Positions 26,481-38,826 of a DNA stretch of 64,000 bases are shown here, one piece after another. Within the stretch, counting starts at the first letter, position 1; the number at the start of each line of letters is the position of its first letter. Origin of the DNA: Lama glama (Eukaryota); contig CM052817.1 in the NCBI GenBank assembly GCA_028534125.1, positions 3,784,001 through 3,848,000 on the forward strand. Reading direction: 5' to 3'. A program made the translations under genes and the position numbers. Below the pieces are notes generated by a model that was given only the letters and a program-made list of their open reading frames with translations, was not told the DNA's origin and did no database searches.

Positions 26481-28829
26481 GTTAATATGCTAATGTGTAA
26501 GATTTTATGTATTTCATCTTTGAAAATGTTTTTCACACATAGATAAATACTGCCAACTATTGATATTAATCCACAGGCATGGTTTACTGGAACATGTTAA
26601 TTCTTTAGAAGGTATTTATGAATTCTGGTACATTCTTTCCTTACTATTTGCCTTTTCACCAGTCATCATATTGCAGATCAATCACTCCCAAGCAAAAGTT
26701 AGGTGGAAGCTTCTCATTGAGCAATAGATGGATTCTGAGATACAGACACTTCCTTTGCACTGTGCCAAGGTGTGAAAATGCTGCTGGAACTGCAGTTGAC
26801 CTAGGACAACGTACTGTTGCAAACTGTGAGGAAATGGAGATTTTGCTTCTTGTTCTAACTTCTGACAAAACGAAAACGTATAAAACAACTTGACATTATC
26901 TGTGAATCAAATACTGTCAGCTGTTAGAGTGACTTTACCACATTATAAATTTTGCATGTAAGTACTGTTTGCCTTGTAATTTTAGGCTGAATTCATTAAG
27001 AAACACCATCAAGTGTACAGAAAAATCTATATAAACAACAGCATACTGGACAGACTTTTCTGCATTCCTCTTCCCACTTCTATTCAAGAGCTCCCTTATT
27101 CTTTTTCTGGCTTTGTGTACTGGGTGAATGTATGTATTGTGACTTATTTATTAACCATTAGCATTGAACTAATAATCAGATTTTAAAAGAATATAGTTAT
27201 TAAAAAAGCTCAAGCTATTTCTATTTCACTTGTTGCATTTTTAGTCTTCTGTGCTATACTAATTAAAAGTCCATGTAGACATAAACATATAATATTAGGT
27301 ATGTGCCAAATATTTCCTCAGTAAACTCAGTGAATCAAGTATGATTTTTTTTTAAAAGTCATAATCTTAAAGACAGAATACAATCATCAACTACCAAAAG
27401 AAGACACGGCTAAAGAACTTCTCAGCCTACGAGCCTATCATCAGGTGCTTTTCCAGACACTAACTGCTGTGATGTAACATAAGGCTAAAGTTTTGATCGA
27501 CTTTCTCTCGCTGTCTTCTATGAAAAAGGAAATTAGGAACTGGAGGAAGAAAAAGAACACAACATTCTGAAATACAGCTGGGATCAGTGACGTCTATTTG
27601 CTGCTCAGCACCCACCCCCTGCCTCCCACACCTTCCCGTTAACAGCGTCCTGAAAAACCAAAACTACTAAGTGTTTGAATGGGACTAATGCCACCCCCAT
27701 CTGGGCCCTAATCAGCTTAATGCAAATCAGCATGTTTCATCCCTTTGGCCACGAAGACTGGCTCAGAGAGAGGCATGGGACCAATCAGAAATCAGCGCTT
27801 GAAAATGAGACACCCCTCCACCACAAGATTTTTGCTGGGAATGTAGGGAACACATCCTCTGGACAGTGTGAGAACAGGATGTGGAGAATGCTGTGCTCGA
27901 TGACTGCCCTCCACCCTCCGGGAGTGGATGCAGAAACAAGTTGGCAGAGGGAGGCAGTCAGAGAGGCAAAGAGGACACCCCAGGGACACTGTGAAGCTCT
28001 GAACTGAATCAGGCTTGGGCCAGTCCTAATTCTGGACTTTTAGTGATATGAGACTTTTTTTTTCTGCCCTAGAGGCCAATTTAAGCCAAAATCTTTGCTT
28101 GTGAATGAAAGATACAGCTAAAATTTGAAGAAAGGCCTCAATAATAAATTCACTTGTCAATGCTCAAAGAAACTGTAAATTGCCTCTAAAAAGGAGTAGC
28201 ACCAAATAAGCACAATTCAGGTTAAGTACATCCACTGTTTTCTCCTACTAGTACTTCAGCCAACAGTGACAAATTCCTCACTGGCCTCCCTGCCTTCAGC
28301 TACCCAACCAGCTTACCCACCACCACTCATGCCCTCTGGTACAGCTGGCTAAATATAGCAGTGGGTCTCTTTGCCTCCGGGACTAAAATATCAATCCCTC
28401 GCAGAGTGTATCAGGTTCTTCCGAATCGAATCGGTTTCCTGCTGGCCTTGCTCACTCTAATCTCCTCCCACTCCCTCACTATACTCCTCTGGCCCTACAA
28501 CATCAGGCCCTTCCTGTTTCTGTGACCTTGCATGCACCCTTCTTTTCTTCTTCCTTCAAGGCTGTTCAACTGTTATCTCCTCTGCATTCCTGCTGCCACC
28601 GTCCCCCACGCACAGTGTCCCAGGCTTGGCACAGGCAGAGCGCTTTACAGATTCCAAATCTAGCGCTGTCCCTCAGTCCTGGTGCCTCGGCAGTCCTGGT
28701 GCCTGCCTCGGTGTTCGGCATGTCATGATGCTCATGTGGTGAGTAAAAAACCAGAAATGTGCATTAAATGCAGTATTTATGCCCAAAACATTTTCTCTAT
28801 TTCATGAAATTTTATGAAAGATTTTATCA

Positions 28830-30110
28830 AAGTACCATTTTTCAACAAATGACACCGGGAAAACTAGATATCCACATTTTAAAGAAAGAAATTGGACTCA
28901 CTACATTGCATGTACAAAAATTAACTCAAAATGCATCAAAAGCTATAACTGTAAAACTCCTGGAAGAAACACAGGGCAAAGCTTCACAGCACTGGTTTTG
29001 GCAATGAGTTCTCGGAAACGATACCAAAGGTACAGGAAACAAAAGAAAAATTAGAAAAACTGGGCTTCACGAAAATTTAAATTTTATACACTGAAAGACA
29101 CTATAAAGAGTGAAAAGGCAATCTACAGGATGGGAGGAAATACTGCAAATCATGTATCTGATAAGGGGTTAATATCCAGAACCTAGAGACGTTGGTCGTA
29201 TAGTGGTGGGTATAGCTGCCTCCCAGAACCTAGAGAGAACTTCTAAAACTCAACAACAACAACAAAACAACCAGATTCAAAAAATGGAAAAGAACTCAAA
29301 AGTCTCCAGAGAAGATATGCAAACGGCCAATAAACACACAAAAGATGCTCAGCATCACTAATCATCAGAGCAAACACTGAGATACCCTTCGTACCAATTA
29401 GGATGGCTACTATTTAAAACAAAAAAAACCCCAGAAAATAAGTGTTGGCAAGGATGTGGCAAACTGGAACCCTGTGCATTACTGGGGGGAATGGAAAATG
29501 GTGCTGCTAGTGTCAGTTCCTCAAAAAAATAAAAACAGAATTAAGAATTACCACATGATCCAGCAATTCCACACCTGGATATATAACCCCATAACTGAAA
29601 TCAGGGTCTTGAAGAGGTATTTGTACACCACATTCATAGCAGCATTGTTCACTATAGCTAAAACATGGAAGGAACACAAGTGTCCACTGATGGGACAGAT
29701 AGATAAGCAAAATGTGGCATCATCCACATGACAGAATATTATTCAGCCTTTAAAAAGGAAATTCTGACACGTGATATGACATGGATGAATCCTGAGAAGA
29801 CATTATACTAAATGAAATAAGCCAGTCACAGAAAGACAAATCCTGTGTGATTCCACTGATACGAGGTAGTTAAGAGCTACTGAAATCATAAAGACAAAAA
29901 GTACAACGGTGGTTGCCAGGGGCTGGGGGAGAGCAGAATGGGGAATTATAAAGTTTCTGCTTTACAAGATGAAAGGAGTTCTGGAGATGGTGGTGGTGGC
30001 TGTACAACATTATGAGTGCACATAATACCACTGAACTATGCACTTAAAAATGGTTCAGATGGTAGACCTTAGGTTATTTATGTATATTTTATCACAATAA
30101 AAAAATGCTG
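28830..30110 (+). mobile_element. Old LINE-1 (L1MA/MB-like) ORF2 end and 3' UTR; hosts the tRNA-half insertion
   Basis: Degenerate ORF2 C-terminal motifs (FIAALFTIAKTWK in ORF 29456..29731) and L1M 3' terminus with AATAAA near 30096. Confidence 0.87.
29189..29225 (+). pseudogene. Tailless retropseudogene of the 5' half of tRNA-Gly (TCC type)
   Basis: acgttggtcgtatagtggtgggtatagctgcctccca vs recalled tRNA-Gly(TCC) nt 1-37 GCGTTGGTGGTATAGTGGTGAGCATAGCTGCCTTCCA (32/37); flanked by perfect 14-bp repeats ccagaacctagaga (29176-29189, 29223-29236). Confidence 0.85.
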
Positions 30111-30239
30111 GGGGGAGGTGGTGAGGGAGAAACTGCAGTAACTTCTCCGAGGGGCAGGCCCAGTGTGTAGCTGTGGCATCTGCACTCACCTCCATCATGC
30201 CCCATACACCTGAGAAAGAAGCATACATCTATCTATTCA

Positions 30240-30445
30240 TTTCTCTACTAAATATCTGAGCATCTTCTACATCCCAAAAATTGTCATAAGGGCTTGGAAT
30301 ACAGGGGGAAACATGGCAGACAATGTCCCTAGCTTCATGAAATACACATTCCAGCAGAGGTGACATACAAATAAATGTAAAATATCACAAATCATCATTA
30401 ATTCCAGGTGGTAACAAGTGTTACGAAAAAAAATAAAGTAGGAAA
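30240..30445 (-). mobile_element. LINE-2 3' end remnant (target of the following L1 insertion)
   Basis: attcatt..aaatatctgagcatcttctac...gtccctagcttcatg resembles the reverse L2 3' terminus. Confidence 0.55.
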
Positions 30446-32104
30446 GCCATACTACCCAAAGCAATCTACAGATTTAATGTGATCCCTATCAAATTACCCA
30501 GGACATTTTTCACAGAACTAGAACAAATCATCCCCAAATTTATATGGAATCCAAAGACTCAGAATTGCCAAAGCAATACTGAAGAAAAAGAACAAAGCTG
30601 GAGGCATAACCCTCCCAGACTTCAGACAATACTACAGAGCTACAATAATCAAAACAGTGGGGTCTGTCACAACGGATCAATGGAACAGCACAGACAGCCC
30701 AGAAATAAACTCACACACCTACGGTCAATTAATCTTTGACAAAGGAGGCACGAATACACAATGGAGGAAAGACAGTCTCTTCAGCAAATGGTGTTGGGAA
30801 AGCTGGACAGCCGCATGTAAATCAATGAAGTCAGAACACACACCATACACAAAAAAACTCAAAAGGGCTTAAAGACTTACATATAAGACAAGACACCATC
30901 AATTGCCTAGAAGAACACATTGGCAAAACATTCTCTGACATGAATTGCAGCAATGTTCTCCTAGGTCAGTCTACCAAGGCAATAGAAATAAAAGCAAAAA
31001 TAAACAAATGGGACCTAATTAAATTTTTAAGCTTTTGCACAGCAAAGGAAACCATAAATAAAATGAAAAGACAACCTATGAACTGGGAGAAAATATTTGC
31101 AAACAATCTGACTGACAAGGGCTTAATCTCTAGAATATACAAACAGCTCATACAACTCAGTAACAAAAAAACACATCGCCCAATCAAAAAATTGGCAGAA
31201 GACTTAACGACATTTCTCCAAAGAAGACATACAGACATCCAATAGACACTAAAATAACCATCAATGTTGCTAATTATTACAGAAATGCAAATCAAAAGTA
31301 CAATGAGGTATCACCTCACATCAGTCAGAATGGCCATCATTAAAAAGTCCACAAACAATAAATGCTGGAGGTGAGAAGAAAAGGGAGCCCTCCAACACTG
31401 TTGGTTGGAATGTAATTTGGTGCAGCCACTATGGAAAACAGCATGGAGAGTCCTTAAAAAACTAAAAATAGAGTTACCATATGGTTCAATAATCCTACTC
31501 CTGGGCAGGTATCTGGAGGGAACTCTCTAATTTGAAAAGATACACACACCCCAACGTTCATAGCAGCACTATATACAATGGAAGCAACCTAAATGTCCAT
31601 GGACAGGTGACTGGATAAAGAAGTTGTGGTATATTTATATAACGGAATACTACTCAGCCATAAAAAATAATGAAATAATGCCATCTGCAGCAGCATGGAT
31701 GGACATTGAGATTATCACACTAAATGAAGTAAGTCAGACAGAGAAAGACAAATATGTGATATCACTTATAATGTGGAATCAAAAAAGATGATACAAATGA
31801 GCTTATTTACAAAATACAAACAGACTCACAGACATAGAAAACAAACTTATGGTTACCACAGGGGAGGGGTGAGGAATGAATAAATTGGGAGTCTGGAATT
31901 AGTGGATACAAACTACTATATATAAAACAGATAAAAAAGGTTCCACTGTTTAGCACAAGGAACTATATTCAAAACCTTGTAATAACCTAAAATGATAAAA
32001 AATGAAAAAGAATATATATATATATGAATCACTATGCTGTACACCAGAAACTAACTGTAAATCAACTATATTTCAGTTTTTCAAAAATCACAAGGAAAAA
32101 AAAA
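30446..32104 (+). mobile_element. 5'-truncated LINE-1 (ORF2 3' part + 3' UTR)
   Basis: ORF2 remnants in ORF track ([56 protein letters not shown]), L1 3' UTR, A-rich end. Confidence 0.93.
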
Positions 32105-32459
32105 GTTTCCAAGTCCTGAATTCTTGACTAGTTCCTAAGAGTACTCTGACCAACGAGCTGAATGTAGACAGATTTTAGAGCCCACTATAACCAGATCTAA
32201 TTCACAGAGTCATCTAGTGACTAAAGAAAATGAACCGTTCAGTAACACAGTATTTTCCAGATGGCACAATTTTAAATCTCACCCACTGGCAGTCTTGATT
32301 TAGTAAATATTTCTTCAGAAATAAAAATAAAGAAAGTAGGAAACAGGACTGAAATGAAAGGTTTCTTTGTAAATGTCAAAGAAAGACGGAGGATAAGACA
32401 AGCAAAATGAACACCAAACTAAACAAGTAAACAAATGAATACACTCTTTTAAAAAGTAA

Positions 32460-33670
32460 CTGGTGGTCAATCCATGAAAGAAAAAAAATAGGTAAGTTGA
32501 ACATCATTAAAATAAAAACTGCTGTGAGAAAAACAATGCTAAAAGGATTAGAAGACAAACCACAGGCTGGGAGAAATTTTTCCAAAAGACACTTCTGATA
32601 CAGGATTGTTATGCAAAACACACAAAGAACTCTTAAAACCCAGTTATCAGAAAATAACCTTTCTTTTTTTTAAAAAAAAAAAGAAGCCAAAGACCTCAAA
32701 GCAGATATACAGATGGCAAATAAGCATCTAAAAACATGCTCCACACCATATGCCATCAAGGAAATGCAAATTAAAATGACAAGATACCACGACCACCTTT
32801 AGAACAGCCAAAAACTAGAACAGTGACAACACCAAATGCTGGTGAGGACGTGGAGCAGGAGAACTCTCACTCGCTGCTGGTGGGAATGCAGAAAGGTACG
32901 GACACTCCGGAAGGCAGTTGGGACGTTTCCTACAAACCAAACATACATTTACCACTCGGCCCAGCAATCAGGCTCCCTGGTATTTACCCAAAGGAGCTGG
33001 AAACTCATATCCACACAAAAAACCTGCACATACATGTTTATAGCAGCTTCATTCATAATTGCTAAGCTTGGAAGCAGCCAAGATGTCCTTCAGTAGGTGA
33101 TGGATAAATAAACTGTGGTCCATCCGGACAGGGAACGTCACTCAGCACTAAAATGAGATGAGCCAGCAAGGCAGGGAAAGTCACAGAGGGACCGCAAATA
33201 CATGTTACTCAGCGACAGAAGCCAATCTGAAAAAGCTACAACACTGCATGATTCCAACTCTGTGACGTTCTGGAAAAGACAAACTATGGAGACATTAGGA
33301 AGATCAGCAGGCACCAGGGGTTCGTGGAGAGGGAGGGATGAAGTGGTGGAGCACGGGGGATTTTGAGGGCAGTGAAACTGCTCTGTGTGATACTATAATG
33401 GTGGACACATGGCATTATACATTTGTCCAAACCCACATAACCCGCAACACCAAGAGTGACCCCTCCTGTAAACCATGGACTTTGGTGATGATGACGTGTC
33501 AATCAGATTTGTTGACTGTAACAAGGTACCACTCTGGTGGGGGACGTTGATGGCAGGGAGGCTGTGCATGCATGTGGGCAGGCAGTATAGGGGAACTTTG
33601 TACCTTCCTCTCAGTTTTACTGTGAATCTAAAATTGCTCTAAAAAAATTAAGTATTTAAAAAAAAAAAAA
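32460..33670 (+). mobile_element. Old LINE-1 (L1MC-like) 3' end
   Basis: ORF2 end remnants, L1MC-type 3' UTR (ggcagtgaaactgctctgtgtgatactataatggtgga...), poly(A) at 33658-33670. Confidence 0.85.
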
Positions 33671-35039
33671 GTAACTGGCAACAGATCAACTCTCCTGCCC
33701 AGACTAACCAGAAAAGATAATATACAAAACCAAACCAAACACACAACACCTGTGCTATGGCATCAGCGACCTGCTGACGCACCCAGGCCTTGAGAACACC
33801 AGGAGGGGCAGCTGCTGGCACAGGGGCACTGACACCTGAGGCTGCTTTCTCCCTGGGGAAATGTACCCAATTCCTGGCCTGCGGCAAGAGGCTGAGAAAA
33901 ATCTGGCACTTTGAAGAGGCAAAGAAACCAGCGGCACTGGGGGCAGTCTCTCAGGGCTGGAAGCAGAAACTAGCGATGTAGGAGTCAGGATCTCAGAAAA
34001 AGGAAGGAGTGAAAAACAGAAGCCATAGCCTGCTGATTCCCTTCTGGACATGGGAGGAGTTCTAAAGCTGTGCGAGGCATAAGGGGGGCTTCTGTGTTGA
34101 TGGAATGTTGTATTTATTTTTCTGGGATAATTACATATATATGAGCTTTGTGCAAATTCACGAAAATTCGTGATGCCAAGAATATTAAACTATAAACAGA
34201 TAAGAAACGTTTTTGTAAACTCTTGGATGGTGGTTTTAATTTAACTGGTTCTAAAGGAAAACTAAGAATGTTTGGGGTTACATATGACTGCCATAGTGAA
34301 CAGAAGTCCCACTTTCCTAAAATAACTCTTCCTACTCATGACAGATTTTGAGGAACTTGCTGTTGACCATCAACCTCAAGGCAAAAGTTAACTCCCATCC
34401 TTCAATTACAGTTCTACTACGGCTTCCCTTGTAGCTATTTTAAGTAAGATTACAAAATAGTTTGAAATAATGCAACATCAATCTATTCTAAGAGTTACAG
34501 GGCCCAGGCTTAATGCTCCGAGTCTCTGGGCAACGCACACCGCAGTGTTTGCCGCTCGCTTTTACTCCATCTGGACTCAACTCGTAGTTCAGCTGTGAAC
34601 TGAGAAGACGAACTTTCCCCACCTCTAAAAACCACACTGCATTAGAACGTGGTAAACCAATTCCAAATAGGTTCTCAAGTTTTCCTTTACAGTAGAATGT
34701 TCTTATGTTATTCATTCAAGAACTATTGGTTGCATATGAAAGCCAACAAAAACAAAAACAAAACTCTGATATAAAACATGGGCACAGGACTTGGGTCTGA
34801 CAGACAGGAGTTTAAATTCTGACTCATTACTAACCACATGGCCTCAGGCAGGCACCTAACCTCTCTGAACATACAACTCCAGGTGAGCGAAAACAGGGAA
34901 ACACCATTTGGCTTGGAGATGAGGCGCGAAGACAGAACAAAGCAGTCCTTATGTATTAAATGGCCAGCTCTGCGCTTGGCCTATGATAGTGTTCTCTAAC
35001 AGCAGGGCTATTAATTTTAAAAAGATTGCATTGCGGCAC

Positions 35040-35880
35040 TGTGGCAGAAAGCTAACTACTCAATGTACGTGGGGAACTGAATTAGAAAAATTACCATCAA
35101 AGTAATGGTTCAGGCGGAAGCCACCTATGGATGGTAAAGTCAGTCTCTCCGCACAGGTCAGTTGATAACTACACAGAGAAGTGTATGGCTTTACGGTGCA
35201 GAAACCTGGCTGCCACCATCTGAACCAAAGTCAACGTCGCCAAGAATGAATCAGACCCTCAAAAAAAAAATTTTTTTTTAAAAAAAGAGTGAATCAGACT
35301 GACGTAGTGCTGTCCACTGTGACGCACAGAAAAGAAACTCATCGCTTGTGTAATGTTACTGCCATAAATGCGTAAGTTGACTCTAAACAGGAAGAAACAT
35401 CAGACAAACTCAAAATAAGGGATGTTTTGCAAAATAACTGGCCTATATTCTTCAAAAGTGTCAACAGTGTCAAAAGTGTCAGTGAGATGCAAAGGAAAGA
35501 TGAGGAACGATTCTAGATTAGAAGAAATTATAGAGATGTGACACCGAATGAAGTCAATGCACGATCCTCGATGAGGGAAGAAGTCAAAATGGAGGAAGTC
35601 ATTGGGACAAGAGACAAAAACCAAACACTGATGGAACGTCAGATAATAATGTGCACTGTTCATTTCCTGAACTTTATAATTGTACTATGGCTATCTGAGA
35701 GAAAGTCTCATCTTAAGAAAAAAATATGATTTATTTAGGAGAAACAGGCAACAAAAGGAGAGGAGAGAAATAGAGCAAAAGTGAAAAAATACTGGCAATT
35801 GCTGACTGAGTGAAATTCTTTGTCCTATTCTTCTGATGTACGAAATTATTTCACAAAATAAGTTTTAAAAAGTTTTTAAG
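35040..35880 (+). mobile_element. Highly degraded L1 (L1MC/ME-like) 3' region
   Basis: Patches such as catcagacaaactcaaaataagggatgttttgcaaaataactggcct are typical of old L1 3' UTRs. Confidence 0.55.
35242..35299 (+). mobile_element. Ultra-truncated retrotransposition scar (28-nt insert between 15-bp repeats)
   Basis: aagaatgaatcagac [cctc A10 T9 A5] aagagtgaatcagac. Confidence 0.7.
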
Positions 35881-37953
35881 ATGAATATATGATTCCTGCC
35901 CATAAGGATCTTATAAACTACTGGGAAAGATAATACATTCTAACAAGTGTAATGAAGGGCTCTACAGTAGAAATGCAATCAAATTTGGAAGAAGACACTG
36001 TTTTCATCGGGAACTGTCACAAGGAGATTCACAGAGAAAGGTGACCTGGGCCTTGAAGGATAGGTTAGAAAAGTAGTTTATATTTACATTAAAAATGACA
36101 TATAGTGAATTCTTGATTTATCTGAAATACAGTTACCAGAGTATTGTAATCTTGATCCAAATAAAAAAAAAAGAATTTGTGCAAATAAAACTACTGTGAC
36201 CCAATCATAATACCTGCATATTGGAAGGCAACTGTTCTCCAGAACCACGCAGTAATCTGCCGATGCCACCACTGCATTTACAACCCTGCCCAAATCAGAA
36301 GTCTACACATAACTGTTTGTTATTCAGCCTCAGCCAAGGCCAGGGCCTCCTGAGCTGTACGTACTTCCTACCCAATTATCCCAAGCAGCGAAGATCAAAG
36401 TACAAAACCTGCTTCTTAGAATTCAAGAGCTGTGTGTGTGTTTCTTTTAACCAAAACTAGAAAAAGCCACGAATTCAACGAGGCCGATAAGGCCAGTACT
36501 TGAAGCAATGGCCTTACTATTAGCCATTTTCAAGTCAAGGTTAGACTAACTTAAGGACTGAGGGTTAAGATGTGAGGAAACAGACACCTAAAGTGGGAGT
36601 AATTTGGCTTCCAACTGAGGGGCGAAGCCACCATAACTCTGATCCAGGGATCAGGAAAGGTGGTGAGCTTAACCGTTAGCTGGAGTCTGAATTGCAGAGG
36701 GTAAGCTCAGACCCTCCCTTGGCTGTATGCCCTGACTACTCTTTTGGGGGGACATAGTGAGCACATCCTCGTCCAGCAGTGGTAGTTATGCAGGGGCTAA
36801 CTCACCCTTAGCTCAGCTCCTATGAAAACAGCTGTTATTTTCAATTTGACCTTCCCATCAGCGTGGGACTCGGCACTCTGCTACCCTGGGCTGAGGGGAA
36901 AAGTACTTTAGGGGCCTTCTATTTCTCTGTGGATTCTCCTTGTAACTCTAGACATGTTCTGTTTTCACTAAGCTTTATCTGTCTTGTGTCCTAAAAGACA
37001 AATCAGAACTTTGGAGGGAGGATCAAACACAGCTGGGCACCGGTAGCTGCTAAGACCCCTCACCGCACCCCCCACAGCTAGTAGAGAAATCGATTCTCAT
37101 CAGACAAGTGTCGAACTACAATCTTAACAGGAGGCCTACGTTTCAGCCCTTTTGCAACGACCTAAAGCACCCAGCATATAAATTTCTTGTGCTAACAAAT
37201 CTACTGGTGTTGATGAAGTATTAAAGGCTGATATTTTAAAATACAATTATAAGAAATGAGAAGTCTTATTAGAATCCAACTAAAAAACTACTCATTTCCT
37301 ATAAGTACATGTTTATAACTGAAGTACATGATTTTTGAGTTATGAGAATTATCTTCCTCAACTCTGGAAACAAAAACTTCTTCCATGTTGGCAGCTTTAA
37401 CATTTCACTTGCCCCTGAAGGAAAGATGATGGAAAATAACAGACCTCTGGTAATACGGACCACCAAAACAGCACATTTTCTGATTATGAGGTTTTAAGTC
37501 AACCCCCTCAAAACCATACCTGACCCAATTCTCACCAGCCAGAGCAGTAAGCAACCTGGAAGCAGGGAAAATGTGGCTGTGTCCAGCCAGAAAGGATGAG
37601 AAACACCAGCAGGGAAAAATCCTCTGCACAACTGCCAGGTGACAAATGTTAAGCGTGCTGAGAGCCCCAATGCATTTACAGGGCTCTGCGGCTTCTCTGT
37701 GGTTTGGAAGGGCAAAGCCAGTATCTTCTGTGAATGAAACTTTGTTCCTGCTTTCAGTGTTAGTAACAATGGTTTAAAACAACAACAACAAAAACTGCCC
37801 ACAGAAAACTTTTATCTGAAATTTCTACCCAGAGGTCACCCAGACCCCATTCGTCCAGTGTTGAGGACTCTGCTCCCTCTGACAAGCCTGACTTTCAGCA
37901 GCTCCTCTTGGAGAGGGAGCCTGAAGTTGAGATCTTTTCAAGAACCTAGATTG

Positions 37954-38078
37954 AGGAGGAGAGTATAGCTCAGTGGTACAGTGCACGCCTAGCATGCACA
38001 AGGTCCTGGGTTCAATTCCCAGTATCTCTGTTTAAAAAAAAGAAATCTAAAATTACCTCTCCCAATTAGGGGGAAAAA
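37954..38078 (+). mobile_element. tRNA-derived SINE (camelid Vic-1-like) with TSD
   Basis: A and B boxes; 14-bp TSD aagaacctagattg at 37940-37953 and 38079-38092. Confidence 0.9.
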
Positions 38079-38595
38079 AAGAACCTAGATTGGGTTGCTT
38101 TCTTCACTTTAAACTCAGCATCTCGGTCAGGTCAAATGTATAATCGCCAATTTAAAGTTACGCGCTTTACCAAACTTTTAAGTCTGCTGATTTGAAACAC
38201 ACACTTTGATTAATAAGCAGTTTATCATCACTCTTGCAGATAAAATGAAATATTAAACTTCAGAATGTTAAGAAGTATACAGACACGGTGATTATGATGT
38301 GTGATTTTCCTAAGCAGCAGCAGCCCCGTTTGGAGCAGTGCTACTCAGAGGCGGCTGGTGATCACACAAGTACTGTCTATGCAGTCAACACTGAGAAAGT
38401 CTCAGAGAAGATGACTGAAATAAACAGTCATGTTTGTGCTTGTGACACAGCTCATTCACATCACTGACAGCTTAAGTTCGTGGACTACAGCCATCTGCAA
38501 CCCTGTTGTAGAATATGAAAGCACTTTCTGAAGAAAAATGCAGACATGCAGACACAATCATGAATTTTCACAAAACATTTAACATGTGTAAATAC

Positions 38596-38826
38596 CTGTT
38601 CCTGCAGGTCGTAGTCATAGCTGTCATGCAGCAGAAGACTGAGGACATAGCGAGTGTAGATCATGGCATCAATGCCACATTTCTCTAGCTCTTGTCCTAG
38701 CCAGGTCTGCACTGGACCCAAAGCATGAAGCAGAGACATTTCAGAAGCAGATACAGGGCCTGGATAAGAGCTTGAGGCGCTTTCAGATGGTAAACCACCC
38801 ACGACAACAGTACAGACAGGGCGCAT
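38596..38826 (-). CDS. KIAA0232: KIAA0232 first coding exon, coding part (codons 1-77; exon 3 in human numbering as recalled)
   Basis: Translates MRPVCTVVVGGLPSESASSSYPGPVSASEMSLLHALGPVQTWLGQELEKCGIDAMIYTRYVLSLLLHDSYDYDLQEQ, matching the KIAA0232 N-terminus; ends at donor CAG|GTATTT; 231 nt, phase 0. Confidence 0.96.

Noticed and set aside
30479..31245. Active LINE-1 ORF2
   Set aside because: 5'-truncated and broken by frameshifts and stops.
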